From: Clostridia bacterium
GTDB lineage: Bacteria; Bacillota; Clostridia; TANB77; UBA1234
NCBI GenBank assembly: GCA_017521465.1
Contig: JAFXCN010000001.1
Span: forward strand, 4,762-68,761
DNA length: 64,000 bases
Direction of reading: 5' to 3'
Shown here: positions 48,549 through 57,772 of the stretch, in pieces
Numbering within the stretch: the first letter of the stretch is position 1
Layout of the letters: each line of letters begins with the position of its first letter
Notes under the pieces: generated by a model
The model's input: the letters and a program-made list of their open reading frames with translations, nothing else
The model's database searches: none
What the model was told of the DNA's origin: nothing
Position numbers and translations under genes: made by a program

Positions 48549-49211
48549 CTAATCTTTCAATATTAACTCTCTTCTGTGAATATTAAAGTCTATAATCTCT
48601 GTTCCTGCTAATTCATTCTTTATTTTATCAACCACTAAATTAGGGTTAAGATTATTTTCACTTCCTGCATTACAATGAAGTGTAACTCTTATAGACGAAA
48701 AGCCTATAACTTCAACTTCAATATCTAATATATTTGGTTTTATATTTACTAATTCTATCTTTTTATTCTTTCCTTGCTTTTCTACTTCAATTACTTCTTG
48801 AGCAAATATATTTTCAATCTTTTGAACTAGTTCTTCAATATCATCATCATTTTCAAATTCTATTCCGATTTCGTATATTGCTTCTTTTACAAGCGACATT
48901 AGACTTTTTGAATTTTCTGATTTTATAACATTTACAATTTTAAATCCATCAGGTAACGTAGAATTTAATTCTTTTTTTAGTTCAATTACATCTACTTCAT
49001 CTTCAAGTTCTAAATCTACATATTCCGAATCACTTGTTACACCAACACCAAGTGGTAACGCAAAAGAAAGTTGCACTCTTGGATTAAATCCTTTAGAAAA
49101 TTTTATTGGCAAACTTGTTCTTTTTATGCATCTTGTAAAAGTTCTCATTGTATCAAGATGTCCTATATATTTTACTTCGTCATGTTTTTCAAATTTCATT
49201 CGATATATCAT
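48549..49211 (-). CDS. TIGR03936-family (DUF2344) radical SAM-associated protein
   Basis: 220 aa; N-terminal pattern MRxxFxKxxxxKYISHLD-like; adjacent to a TIGR03960 radical SAM gene. Confidence 0.65.
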   Translation of the reverse strand: MIYRMKFEKHDEVKYIGHLDTMRTFTRCIKRTSLPIKFSKGFNPRVQLSFALPLGVGVTSDSEYVDLELEDEVDVIELKKELNSTLPDGFKIVNVIKSENSKSLMSLVKEAIYEIGIEFENDDDIEELVQKIENIFAQEVIEVEKQGKNKKIELVNIKPNILDIEVEVIGFSSIRVTLHCNAGSENNLNPNLVVDKIKNELAGTEIIDFNIHRRELILKD

Positions 49212-49229
49212 AATTTTATCTCCTATATA

Positions 49230-51056
49230 TTATTCTACACATACTCCAATTCCACATTTTCCAACACCACATCCAGCGCAATTTTGTCTACAATTTGGAG
49301 TAACTTTTTCGTTTAATGCATTGTTATATTCTCTTTTAAAGAAATCTTTATTAACCAATATGTTTATATGATCCCAAGGTAACCTTTCATCTAAACCTAT
49401 TTTTCTTTCACTGTAATATTTAGGTTCCACATTTGTTTCTTTAAATGCTTGCATCCATTTTTCATAATCAAAGAATTCTCCCCAACTATCAAATTTACAT
49501 CCTAGTTCAAAAGCTCTCTGAATTGCTTTACACATTCTTCTATCACCTTTTGCAACAATAGCTTCAAGCACACTTATTTCTGGTTCGTGCCAATTAAATT
49601 TGATTGCTCTATTAGTTAAATTATTCTTTAAGAAATCTTGTTTTTGTTTTATTGTTTCAATATCATCTTGTCCAAACCATTGGAATGGTGTAAATGGTTT
49701 AGGCACAAATGTTGATGCACTTACTGTTACAGACAATCCTTTTGTTCTTTCGGTTTTAGGAACTGCATAATATGTATCAACAATCTTGTTAGCTAAATCA
49801 ACAATCCCTTGTAAATCGTCATATGTTTCAGTTGGAAGTCCAATCATGAAATATAATTTTATTGTGTTCCAACCACTTCTAAATGCTTTATCACAAGCAC
49901 TTAAGATATCTTCTTCTGTAAGGCCTTTATTTATTACATCTCTTAATCTTTGTGTTCCTGCTTCTGGCGCAAATGTTAATCCACTTTTTCTAACTTGATT
50001 TACTTCGTCTAAAAGTTTTAAACTTATTGAATCTATTCTAAGTGATGGAAGTGACAAATTAACATTCTTAGGTTTGAATTCTTTTATCAAATCATCTGCC
50101 AATGAATGAAATTCTCTATAATCACTAGTACTTAATGATGTTAAAGAAATTTCTTCATATCCTGTGTTTTTTATAAGATTTTTTGCTAACTCTTTTAATC
50201 TTTCCTTGCTTTTTTCTCTAACAGGTCTATAAATATATCCTGCTTGGCAAAATCTACAACCTCTGATACATCCTCTAAACATTTCAAGCATAACTCTATC
50301 ATGAACAACATTTAAATATGGTACAATCCATTTTTCAGGATATGTTAATGTATCTAAATCCTTAATAATTCGTTTAGTAATTATATCTTTTGCATTTGCA
50401 TTATTCTTTTTATATTCTTTTATAGTTCCATCCTCGTTATATGAAACATCATAGAATGCAGGAACATATACACCTTCTATTTGAGCCACTTCTTCTAGAA
50501 ATTCAATTCTAGTTTTCTTTTCATCTTTCCATTTGATATATGCATCTGTAATTTCCATATTAACTTCTTCACCTTCACCCATTACAAAGAAATCAAAGAA
50601 ATCTGCAATAGGTTCTGGATTGTATGCACATGGACCTCCTGCCATAACAAAAGGCATACCTTCTGTTCTATCTTTTGAAAGCAATGGAATTCCAGCTAAA
50701 TCAAGCATATTTAATATATTTGTATAGCTCATCTCATATTGAAGAGTAAATCCAAGCATATCAAATTTCATAAGCTCGTCCTTTGATTCTAAAGCAAACA
50801 ATTTAATATCGTTATCACGCATAATTTGCTCCATATCAACCCATGGAGCAAACACTCTCTCACAGTATGTATCTTCTCTTCTATTATATAAATCATATAA
50901 AATTCTAAGGCCTAAATGCGACATACCAATTTCATAAACATCAGGAAAGCAAAAAGCATATCTGCATTTAACTTTACTAGGATCCTTTTTGCACATATTA
51001 ACTTCTTCACCAGTATATCTAATTGGCTTTTCTACCATTTTTAAGAACTTATCCAT
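49230..51056 (-). CDS. TIGR03960-family B12-binding-domain radical SAM protein
   Basis: CxxxCxxC (CIRGCRFC) radical SAM core, N-terminal B12-like domain, C-terminal Cys-rich tail; start set to ATG 51056 after AAGGAG. Confidence 0.7.
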   Translation of the reverse strand: MDKFLKMVEKPIRYTGEEVNMCKKDPSKVKCRYAFCFPDVYEIGMSHLGLRILYDLYNRREDTYCERVFAPWVDMEQIMRDNDIKLFALESKDELMKFDMLGFTLQYEMSYTNILNMLDLAGIPLLSKDRTEGMPFVMAGGPCAYNPEPIADFFDFFVMGEGEEVNMEITDAYIKWKDEKKTRIEFLEEVAQIEGVYVPAFYDVSYNEDGTIKEYKKNNANAKDIITKRIIKDLDTLTYPEKWIVPYLNVVHDRVMLEMFRGCIRGCRFCQAGYIYRPVREKSKERLKELAKNLIKNTGYEEISLTSLSTSDYREFHSLADDLIKEFKPKNVNLSLPSLRIDSISLKLLDEVNQVRKSGLTFAPEAGTQRLRDVINKGLTEEDILSACDKAFRSGWNTIKLYFMIGLPTETYDDLQGIVDLANKIVDTYYAVPKTERTKGLSVTVSASTFVPKPFTPFQWFGQDDIETIKQKQDFLKNNLTNRAIKFNWHEPEISVLEAIVAKGDRRMCKAIQRAFELGCKFDSWGEFFDYEKWMQAFKETNVEPKYYSERKIGLDERLPWDHINILVNKDFFKREYNNALNEKVTPNCRQNCAGCGVGKCGIGVCVE

Positions 51057-51140
51057 TATATTCTCCTTATCACATAAAAATGCACATGTATTATATCTCA
51101 TCTAGCATCAAAAAGCAATCTGTATCACTTTCTGGCATAT

Positions 51141-51164
51141 AAAAAAGCGGAGCCGCAGCTCCGC
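51141..51164 (-). terminator. terminator of the 111-aa GC-rich orphan gene
   Basis: GCGGAGCCGCAGCTCCGC hairpin plus T6 on the minus strand. Confidence 0.65.
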
Positions 51165-51176
51165 CTGATGACATCA

Positions 51177-51512
51177 TCAGTAATTGATGCCAAATTCTTT
51201 TTTGGCTACGTCAACCCAATCCGGCCAACGATTCACTCCAACTATATTTCCCAAGAAATTAATCACACCGAGTTTACTCTTAGAGCACTGGCGCCCAAAG
51301 AGTTCTTTCTCAATGATGTTTTTTTCGTCATCTGACAGCTCACACGGGCAGTTTTCGAAAAAAAAGTCGACAACCCTCCGCATCTCGGGATATTCCCGAG
51401 CCAAACGATTTTGCTTATCCTCCCTTTTCTTCCTCTCACTGTCTGTGGTCATCGCTCTGTCCAATCTATCCCTTCTTACCTGAATCATGCCCTTAGATGC
51501 CCTTAAACCCAT
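51177..51512 (-). CDS. GC-rich orphan 111-aa protein (six-frame ORF 51177..51749 trimmed because its N-terminal third overlaps tRNA-Leu)
   Basis: ATG 51512 preceded by AAGGAGG at 7 nt; GC about 45 %; no family recognised. Confidence 0.5.
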   Translation of the reverse strand: MGLRASKGMIQVRRDRLDRAMTTDSERKKREDKQNRLAREYPEMRRVVDFFFENCPCELSDDEKNIIEKELFGRQCSKSKLGVINFLGNIVGVNRWPDWVDVAKKEFGINY

Positions 51513-51545
51513 GGGAAACCTCCTTATTATATTTTTTTCAATGAC

Positions 51546-51574
51546 ATTATATAACACTTTACATAACTTTTCAA
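51546..51574 (-). promoter_or_regulatory. consensus promoter TTGAAA -17- TATAAT for the 111-aa orphan
   Basis: Minus-strand -35 at 51569-51574 and -10 at 51546-51551. Confidence 0.55.
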
Positions 51575-51605
51575 TATTTATTTTAAATATTTTATCATTT
51601 TTGTG

Positions 51606-51634
51606 TTGACAAGTTTTGATTAAAATGCTATTAT
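51606..51634 (+). promoter_or_regulatory. promoter TTGACA -17- TATTAT for tRNA-Leu(UAA)
   Basis: Consensus -35 and near-consensus -10, 26 nt before the tRNA. Confidence 0.6.
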
Positions 51635-51660
51635 ATTTCTTGTCAATTGAAATTAGACAT

Positions 51661-51748
51661 GCGCGAGTGGCGGAACAGGCAGACGCACAGGACTTAAAAT
51701 CCTGCGGGCTAATAACCCGTACCGGTTCGATTCCGGTTTCGCGCACCA
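51661..51748 (+). tRNA. tRNA-Leu (anticodon UAA), class II, CCA encoded
   Basis: Acceptor GCGCGAG/TTCGCGC, anticodon loop cTTAAAa, long extra arm, T-arm GGTTCGATTCC, ACCA end. Confidence 0.85.
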
Positions 51749-51837
51749 AAGTACCAAGGGTTTGAATTATTTCTTATTCTTGGTATTTTTTTGTGTCTAT
51801 TTTTCAGCACCTGCTTTTGGGACATACATGCCTCCTT

Positions 51838-51884
51838 TGTAGCACCTGAAAAAGAGACATGTATATCTATTTTTTCGCACCACA
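51838..51884. repeat. TGTAGCACCTGAAAAAGAGACATG... element, copy B
   Basis: About 80 % identity to 15881-15930; a related GCACCTG motif also at 51806-51830. Confidence 0.6.
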
Positions 51885-52022
51885 CTTACAGAAATATAAA
51901 ATAATTTATGATATAAAAATGGAAGAGCGACAGTTATAATCTCATCACTCTTCCGTTTTTTGTATACATTCTTTTATTAATTGGGCATAAAAAATTGAAA
52001 CATTTTTCGTCAGACATTTAAC

Positions 52023-52105
52023 GTAACGCACTTCGTTTTTGCAGACGGCCGCTGCGCGGGTGGCGATTCGCCTTCTTCCGTCAGCGGAAATGTTTCCTTC
52101 GGAAA
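52023..52105. repeat. GTAACGCACTTCGTTTTTGCAGACGGCCGC module plus GC-rich hairpins (includes a GTTTCC-UUCG-GGAAAC tetraloop hairpin)
   Basis: Shares a 5' box with 17207-, 29825-, 29879- and 43007-elements. Confidence 0.65.
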
Positions 52106-52136
52106 CTTTGATACATACAGAAATCTGATAAAAAAA

Positions 52137-52165
52137 GAAATGCATGACATGCATTTCTTTTTCTT
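52137..52165. terminator. bidirectional terminator AGAAATGCATG-A-CATGCATTTCT
   Basis: Perfect hairpin with T-runs on both strands; downstream of the CBM-like gene. Confidence 0.7.
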
Positions 52166-52166
52166 C

Positions 52167-52496
52167 TTATTTCTTTGTTGTTTTTGCAACATATGGATTT
52201 ACTTCTACTGTTGTGTATTCACATGCTGGTGTAATTGTTTTTGTTGTAATTGCATAACTATAATCTTGGCCATAGTTATTATCCCAGTTTCCTTCAGCAT
52301 CTCTAAAACAGAAATTAAGTTCTGTGTTTGCTGGTATTGTTACTTCTGTTTTGTAACAACTTTTTAATTTTCTCATTTTACATTCTGTTACATTATCCCA
52401 AGAATCTCCGATTCCATAATGTAAATAGATAGACTTCGCTCCATCTAAGCATCCTGTGTATTTTAATTCAACACTTTGTTCTTTAGCTTTTGCCAT
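52167..52496 (-). CDS. small protein with starch-binding-module-like (CBM25/26-like) Trp/Asp motifs
   Basis: GIGDSWDNV and DAEGNWDNNYGQDY motifs; start set to ATG 52496 after AAGGAGAGGG. Confidence 0.4.
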   Translation of the reverse strand: MAKAKEQSVELKYTGCLDGAKSIYLHYGIGDSWDNVTECKMRKLKSCYKTEVTIPANTELNFCFRDAEGNWDNNYGQDYSYAITTKTITPACEYTTVEVNPYVAKTTKK

Positions 52497-52620
52497 TTTC
52501 TTCCCTCTCCTTTGTACAATCGTATTCATATGGTAAATATTATATTTTAATATTTATTTTATTGCAAGTATTTTATTTAAAATAGATGTCCACTAAATAA
52601 ATTAGTGGACATCCTTATTC

Positions 52621-53715
52621 TTATTTACCCATAGTTTGTGCCAAATAATAATTTTTATACGGCAATTCATTAGTAACTTCACGTTTTACTTCGATAAAAT
52701 CAGGGAATGCGATTTCTTGATTTTCATCACTTACTTCAACTTCAACAATTGCTACATCTTTCCACATTGGATAGATATCAAGCTCATAATAAATATTATT
52801 CCACATAAAGCAGTATCTAGTCTTCTTTATCATCTTCAAATTAGCATCAGTTTCCATGAGAAGTGCAAGATATTCTCTTTCAGTAATCTTGCGTTCTTTT
52901 TCAATTCGCACCAAATCACTAATTCTTTGCTTTGTAGTGTAATAATACGTAAAACTGCCATCAGTTCCTCTTTGTCTAATTCTACGTTCGAAACCGCTTC
53001 CATCATCACACAAATAAGTCTGAATGATGTCAGATTTACTACATTTAACCAGTTTCATCATTTCTTCAATATCAGGCATTTTAATAAGATATTTTCTTTC
53101 AATTTCTAGAGGTGCAGGCACCCCAAGAATTGCATAAATCTCTTTCATTACACGATTAATTTTTCCTTTAAAATCAGTACTATTATCAACAACTCTAAGA
53201 TGAGGATGCCCAGTCCATGCTCCCATCAAAGCTTTATCTACAGCACGGGCTTGTTCAACGGTCTCATATCTTGCTTTATTATCAAGAGAATAATATTTTT
53301 CAGCCCCATCAGCAGCGGTTACAAGATGAATAACAGCATCGTAACGCTCCTTGAGCTCAGTTTCATTTTGGTTTGTGTCAGTAAGCACTGCATTAAATTG
53401 TTCTTCTGTCATATAAGCCTTATTGTCAATAAGACCACGATCATACAAAATAACAACTTTTTCATTAGAAATCTTTTCAGCAGCCTCTAAGAAAGTAGCC
53501 TCCTTAGCAAGCTGAAATCTCATAAGCATAGCCTGAAAAGTTACAGTATCATATTCAGAAAGCTTAATTCCACCATTAAACATATCTGTAAAAGTTTCTG
53601 GTACAACAAATACTTTATACCCTTTTTCAGTAAGTTCTTGTTCAATCGTACCAAAAGCAGTAGTTTTGCCAGCACAAGGTCCACCTGTAATTACTATATG
53701 CCAAATATTTTTCAT
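52621..53715 (-). CDS. P-loop NTPase (NadR/AAA_28-like kinase) fused to a C-terminal CYTH domain
   Basis: Walker A ITGGPCAGKTT at the N-terminus; C-terminal half starts with the CYTH signature LEIERKYLI and carries further acidic motifs; GC about 40 %. Confidence 0.6.
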   Translation of the reverse strand: MKNIWHIVITGGPCAGKTTAFGTIEQELTEKGYKVFVVPETFTDMFNGGIKLSEYDTVTFQAMLMRFQLAKEATFLEAAEKISNEKVVILYDRGLIDNKAYMTEEQFNAVLTDTNQNETELKERYDAVIHLVTAADGAEKYYSLDNKARYETVEQARAVDKALMGAWTGHPHLRVVDNSTDFKGKINRVMKEIYAILGVPAPLEIERKYLIKMPDIEEMMKLVKCSKSDIIQTYLCDDGSGFERRIRQRGTDGSFTYYYTTKQRISDLVRIEKERKITEREYLALLMETDANLKMIKKTRYCFMWNNIYYELDIYPMWKDVAIVEVEVSDENQEIAFPDFIEVKREVTNELPYKNYYLAQTMGK

Positions 53716-54035
53716 AACGGTTGCCTCCTTCCATTTTTCAAAAGCTCACAATATTATTAAGTACATCTGAAATATATATTATATATTTCAAAAAATCAAC
53801 CAAAAAGGACACAAAATAAAATTTTCTTATATACGGAAGTTAGCCTTTAATTACCATCATACCGCCTCAGTCTTTATTTTTATGTAAATTTATGGTATAA
53901 TTATTATAAGTTCTCATATTTTATCGTTTTTATACACTGGCAGTTCGCGTTGCGTCTGTTTTGTTTGTATAATTTCAAAATCCTTTTAAGGATATTGATA
54001 AAATGTGGGGCAAATAAAAAGGAGGTCATCTAAAA

Positions 54036-54242
54036 ATGATGACAAACATTCGGAACTTTTTCAACCAACTTCGGAACACTATCACAAGCTTTTTACGTAA
54101 CATTGTCATCGCCTTGGCAATCGTTTTGGGACTGCTGCTTGCTGCAGCAACCATCGTCTTGATCCTCACGGTGATTGCCGAAAAACTTGATCTGATTCCT
54201 GTGCTGCAGAACTGGATCAGCTCTTACATCACCCTCCCCTAA
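54036..54242 (+). CDS. small 68-aa membrane protein, GC-rich
   Basis: AAGGAGG RBS; one long hydrophobic helix; GC about 47 %; terminator at 54251-54286. Confidence 0.5.
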   Translation: MMTNIRNFFNQLRNTITSFLRNIVIALAIVLGLLLAAATIVLILTVIAEKLDLIPVLQNWISSYITLP

Positions 54243-54250
54243 CGCCCCAA

Positions 54251-54286
54251 AGCCTGACTCCGCGGTTCGGAACAGGCTCTTTTTTA
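54251..54286 (+). terminator. terminator of the small membrane protein gene
   Basis: AGCCTG...CAGGCT stem plus T6. Confidence 0.6.
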
Positions 54287-54363
54287 TGCATATATATAAC
54301 AAAAGTGGAAATTTTTCTTGCAAAAGCTTACTAGGTATGCTATATTTAATAAGTAGCTTACAT

Positions 54364-54437
54364 AGGGGTGTAGTTCATCGGTAGAATAAGAGTCTCCAAA
54401 ACTCCAGAGGAGGGTTCGATTCCTTCCACCCCTGCCA
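54364..54437 (+). tRNA. tRNA-Trp (anticodon CCA)
   Basis: AGGGGTG/CACCCCT acceptor, anticodon loop CTCCAAA, GGTTCGATTCC T-arm, GCCA end; closely resembles Bacillus tRNA-Trp. Confidence 0.85.
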
Positions 54438-54477
54438 TTTGGATATTACTCCAACTTTTGGAGTTAAATATACTGAA

Positions 54478-54518
54478 AACGCTTGATTTTAAATGGAAAA
54501 TCAGCGTTTTTGTTTTTT
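54478..54518 (+). terminator. terminator after tRNA-Trp
   Basis: AACGCTTGATTTT...AAAATCAGCGTT stem plus T-run. Confidence 0.65.
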
Positions 54519-54575
54519 ATAAATATAAGATTGGAAAAATTTATGATACAATAGATATATAAGGATGTGAGGATA

Positions 54576-55094
54576 ATGGTTTTAGATAAATTAATAATTA
54601 GAGAAGCAACATTAGAAGATATTCCTGAAGTAGCTATACTACATGTTGATAGTTGGTATAAAACATACAAAGGAATAATTGAACAAGAACACCTTGATAA
54701 TATGAAGAATAATCTTGATAAAAGAATTGAAAGAATGAAAAATGAATTTAATTTAAGAAAAATGATTGTAGTAATATTAGATAATGAAATTATTGCTTTT
54801 TCTGAGTTTACTCTTACTAATGAATTTTCAAAAGATTTAGATATTGATTGTGAACTATGTGGCTTATATATAAAAAATGAATATCTTGGAAAAGGTATTG
54901 GTTCTAAAGTATTTGATTATGTTAAAAGTACATTTGTTAAAAATAACAAAAAGAAAATGGGGTTATGGTGTGTAAAAGAAAATAATAATGCCATTAACTT
55001 TTATGTAAAAAAAGGTGGTATACAGGTCAAAGAAAAACCATTTACATTAGCTGGTAAAGATTATAGTGAATTAGCATTTGTATATAACTTATAA
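54576..55094 (+). CDS. GNAT family N-acetyltransferase
   Basis: 172 aa; acetyl-CoA binding motif A-like region (LGKGIGSKVFDYV). Confidence 0.7.
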   Translation: MVLDKLIIREATLEDIPEVAILHVDSWYKTYKGIIEQEHLDNMKNNLDKRIERMKNEFNLRKMIVVILDNEIIAFSEFTLTNEFSKDLDIDCELCGLYIKNEYLGKGIGSKVFDYVKSTFVKNNKKKMGLWCVKENNNAINFYVKKGGIQVKEKPFTLAGKDYSELAFVYNL

Positions 55095-55184
55095 AAAATG
55101 TCGTATATTTAATAAAAAATATAAATGATAAAGAAAGGTGTAAAAAACAAAAAATTGGGAATTGCCTTTAAAATCGTGCCAAAA

Positions 55185-55215
55185 AAGACAAGGTTTAAAA
55201 CCTTGTCTTTTTTTC
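55185..55215. terminator. bidirectional terminator between the GNAT gene and the 684-aa gene
   Basis: AAGACAAGG-TTTAAAA-CCTTGTCTT with T/A runs on both sides. Confidence 0.7.
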
Positions 55216-57269
55216 TACACTTTTTCTACTACTATTATACAAGTACTATCTGGCAAACTACATTTTTGCCAATTTGTATCATAATATTCTATCTTTTCTA
55301 ATAAATGCTCCTCATACCCATCCTGTAAGAAATGATTACATTCTATTATTTTGCAATCTCCAACCTTTTGTAACATTTTTACATATTCGCTTGGTGTATA
55401 ATATCCAAATTGTTCTTGAACTTCCATTGGATATGATTCTTCCCCCCAAGTATATGTATATAGAAATTCCATTGCATCATTTTCCTTCATTTCTACTGTT
55501 CTGTCATCAATTAATTTATATGTAATCTCTCTTCCTTTAAAATCTTTACAATATTTTTCTAAGAAATTCATATCATCTTTATTTTTAAATCGAATTATCC
55601 TCTTATTATTTGTTTCAGACATTATTCCATCTCTTATGATTATTCGTCCACCTTTTGGTAAAACATCAAAACATGATTTCATAGCCATTTCAACCGTTTT
55701 ATGGTTAAACTTTTTTCCGTCCATTTCTATATACGAAAACAATTCATGAAGTACAGAGCAAAAGATTATTGTATCAATTTCATTAGTCTTAAAGTGTTGT
55801 TTTAAATTTAATGCATCACCTTTTACTATTTCCCACTTTTTCTTTTCTGCATGTTTCTTTCTTTTCAGTTCTTCTATTACATTTTGAGAAATATCTATTC
55901 CAATTACTCTTTCTGCTTTTTTTGATGATTCTATTAAATCAAGTAACGCACCACCACCAGGACCAACATCTAAAACAGTTTTACCTGTAATATAATCTAA
56001 AATTACCGCTTTATAATTAATTGTAGAATTCATTGTATTTAAATAGCTTATTTCATTATAGAATCTATCATATGCATCTCTTCTAAATCCAAATAAATCA
56101 TATAGCATAAATACAGCTTGATTATATATTTCGTCACTTCCATATGCTACTTCGCAAAATTCAATTAATTTTTGTGCTTGAATTGAAAACTTAAATCTAA
56201 CTCTTAAAGTATTAAATACACTTCTAAATCTAATCCAAATATGCTTAGAATTTTTAATATTATTTTTTAATATATCTTCAATTGTTAATGATTCTAGATA
56301 TGATTCAATTATTCTTAGCTTATATAAATTTTTGACTTTCATGCCATTATACATATAATACATGTCATTCATGATTGGTTCAAAATTTATATGTATATTT
56401 TTATTAGCTTCTGCATTAATAGAAACCATTAATAATATTTTAATAATTTCTTCCATAGAAAAATGTTCTAGTCCACTATCTACATACCATAATTCAAAAT
56501 TTTCAAAAATATAACTAAAGCATTTCAATATTCTTTCATCATTTAAATATTCTTTTAAAAGCTCAAATTCATCTTTTGACTTATCCTTAAAAATATTTTT
56601 CATTCTATCTAGTATATATTTTTTGCTAGAATAATTTACTTTACCGTATTCGTTATTAACTATATTATTAATTGCACTGTTTATTTTTTCTTTAACTTTT
56701 TGATATAGTTCTTCACTTATTCCTTCTAATATACACTGATTCAAAAGAATTAATATTCTTTCTAATTTTTCTTTAGAAATTTTCTTTTTAAAAACTAAGT
56801 TAGTCAACTCACTATTTTTATCTAAGTTCACTTCGCCTTTTGTATATTGACCAATCATACCATGTGTTTTTATCAAAATATATGTAATTTCGTCAGGCTT
56901 TTCTATAGAATCTTTATATATTTCAGCAGATGCTAGATTATGCACAAATAAATCATATCCCTTTTTAGTCCATCGTGTTCTATCAGTCTTATTTCCACAC
57001 TTTGCCACTTCAGACCACTTTAAAGTATTTTCTACATATTTAATTTCGTCTTTAGAGTATTCCTGACTTGCGATATTTTTTTCTAATGCTTCTAACGTAC
57101 GCACAACATAGTTTAAAACAGATTTATTAGAAACCATAGATAAATCTTCTACATTTCTAAGATTATATGATTTTTGTTCAGTATATTTTAAATGTTTTAA
57201 CCATGCTTCATTTTCTGGAATGTCTTTTTTTCTTTTTATTGTTTTTATTAATTTTAGAGATTTTATCAT
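55215..57269 (-). CDS. large protein with unknown N-terminal about 400 aa and a C-terminal class I SAM-dependent methyltransferase domain
   Basis: 684 aa; motif I VLDVGPGGGALL, post-I IGIDIS, motif II-like IIFCSVLHE; very AT-rich (native composition). Confidence 0.6.
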   Translation of the reverse strand: MIKSLKLIKTIKRKKDIPENEAWLKHLKYTEQKSYNLRNVEDLSMVSNKSVLNYVVRTLEALEKNIASQEYSKDEIKYVENTLKWSEVAKCGNKTDRTRWTKKGYDLFVHNLASAEIYKDSIEKPDEITYILIKTHGMIGQYTKGEVNLDKNSELTNLVFKKKISKEKLERILILLNQCILEGISEELYQKVKEKINSAINNIVNNEYGKVNYSSKKYILDRMKNIFKDKSKDEFELLKEYLNDERILKCFSYIFENFELWYVDSGLEHFSMEEIIKILLMVSINAEANKNIHINFEPIMNDMYYMYNGMKVKNLYKLRIIESYLESLTIEDILKNNIKNSKHIWIRFRSVFNTLRVRFKFSIQAQKLIEFCEVAYGSDEIYNQAVFMLYDLFGFRRDAYDRFYNEISYLNTMNSTINYKAVILDYITGKTVLDVGPGGGALLDLIESSKKAERVIGIDISQNVIEELKRKKHAEKKKWEIVKGDALNLKQHFKTNEIDTIIFCSVLHELFSYIEMDGKKFNHKTVEMAMKSCFDVLPKGGRIIIRDGIMSETNNKRIIRFKNKDDMNFLEKYCKDFKGREITYKLIDDRTVEMKENDAMEFLYTYTWGEESYPMEVQEQFGYYTPSEYVKMLQKVGDCKIIECNHFLQDGYEEHLLEKIEYYDTNWQKCSLPDSTCIIVVEKV

Positions 57270-57366
57270 AACATACCTCCTAAAAATACTATAAACATTA
57301 TATCATATACTAATATAAAAGGAGAAGATTGTAATTATCTCCTCCGTAATATACTATAAAGTTTAT

Positions 57367-57699
57367 TTACTCTTTATAAATCACTTGGACTTCACCGATT
57401 TCCGGCAATGTAAAACTGATGATCTTATCTTCAACCTTTTTAACATTAAAACTTATATTTTCACACAGATAATTTAAAAATCCCGGACAATATTTTTCAA
57501 TATCATTCAAAACATTAGATTTTACGGCATGCTTATCTTTTTTCTGAAGATGTTTCAAAATCGTATCCAAGTACCATACTGCCTGACTCTCTACACTAAA
57601 ACTACAAGCTTGCAATCCACCATATACTTCATACAACCGCGAACGCAACTTTTTCATACACAAGTCCTCCAATATTTTTGTTGTATGGGCATTATACAT
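57367..57699 (-). CDS. hypothetical 110-aa protein
   Basis: ORF only; no family recognised. Confidence 0.4.
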   Translation of the reverse strand: MYNAHTTKILEDLCMKKLRSRLYEVYGGLQACSFSVESQAVWYLDTILKHLQKKDKHAVKSNVLNDIEKYCPGFLNYLCENISFNVKKVEDKIISFTLPEIGEVQVIYKE

Positions 57700-57772
57700 T
57701 ATTTTTGATATTTTGTAAACTATTTTTCAAAAAGCTATTGACTTTTTATGTTAACTTTGCTATAATAATAAC

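Noticed and set aside
51177-51749. Six-frame 190-aa minus-strand ORF
   Set aside because: Its N-terminal 80 codons run antisense across tRNA-Leu(UAA) (51661-51748) and its promoter. An internal ATG at 51512 has a perfect RBS, so the gene was trimmed to 111 aa.
54464-54670. Minus-strand 68-aa ORF
   Set aside because: It spans the tRNA-Trp terminator and the 5' end of the GNAT gene on the opposite strand. It has no RBS.
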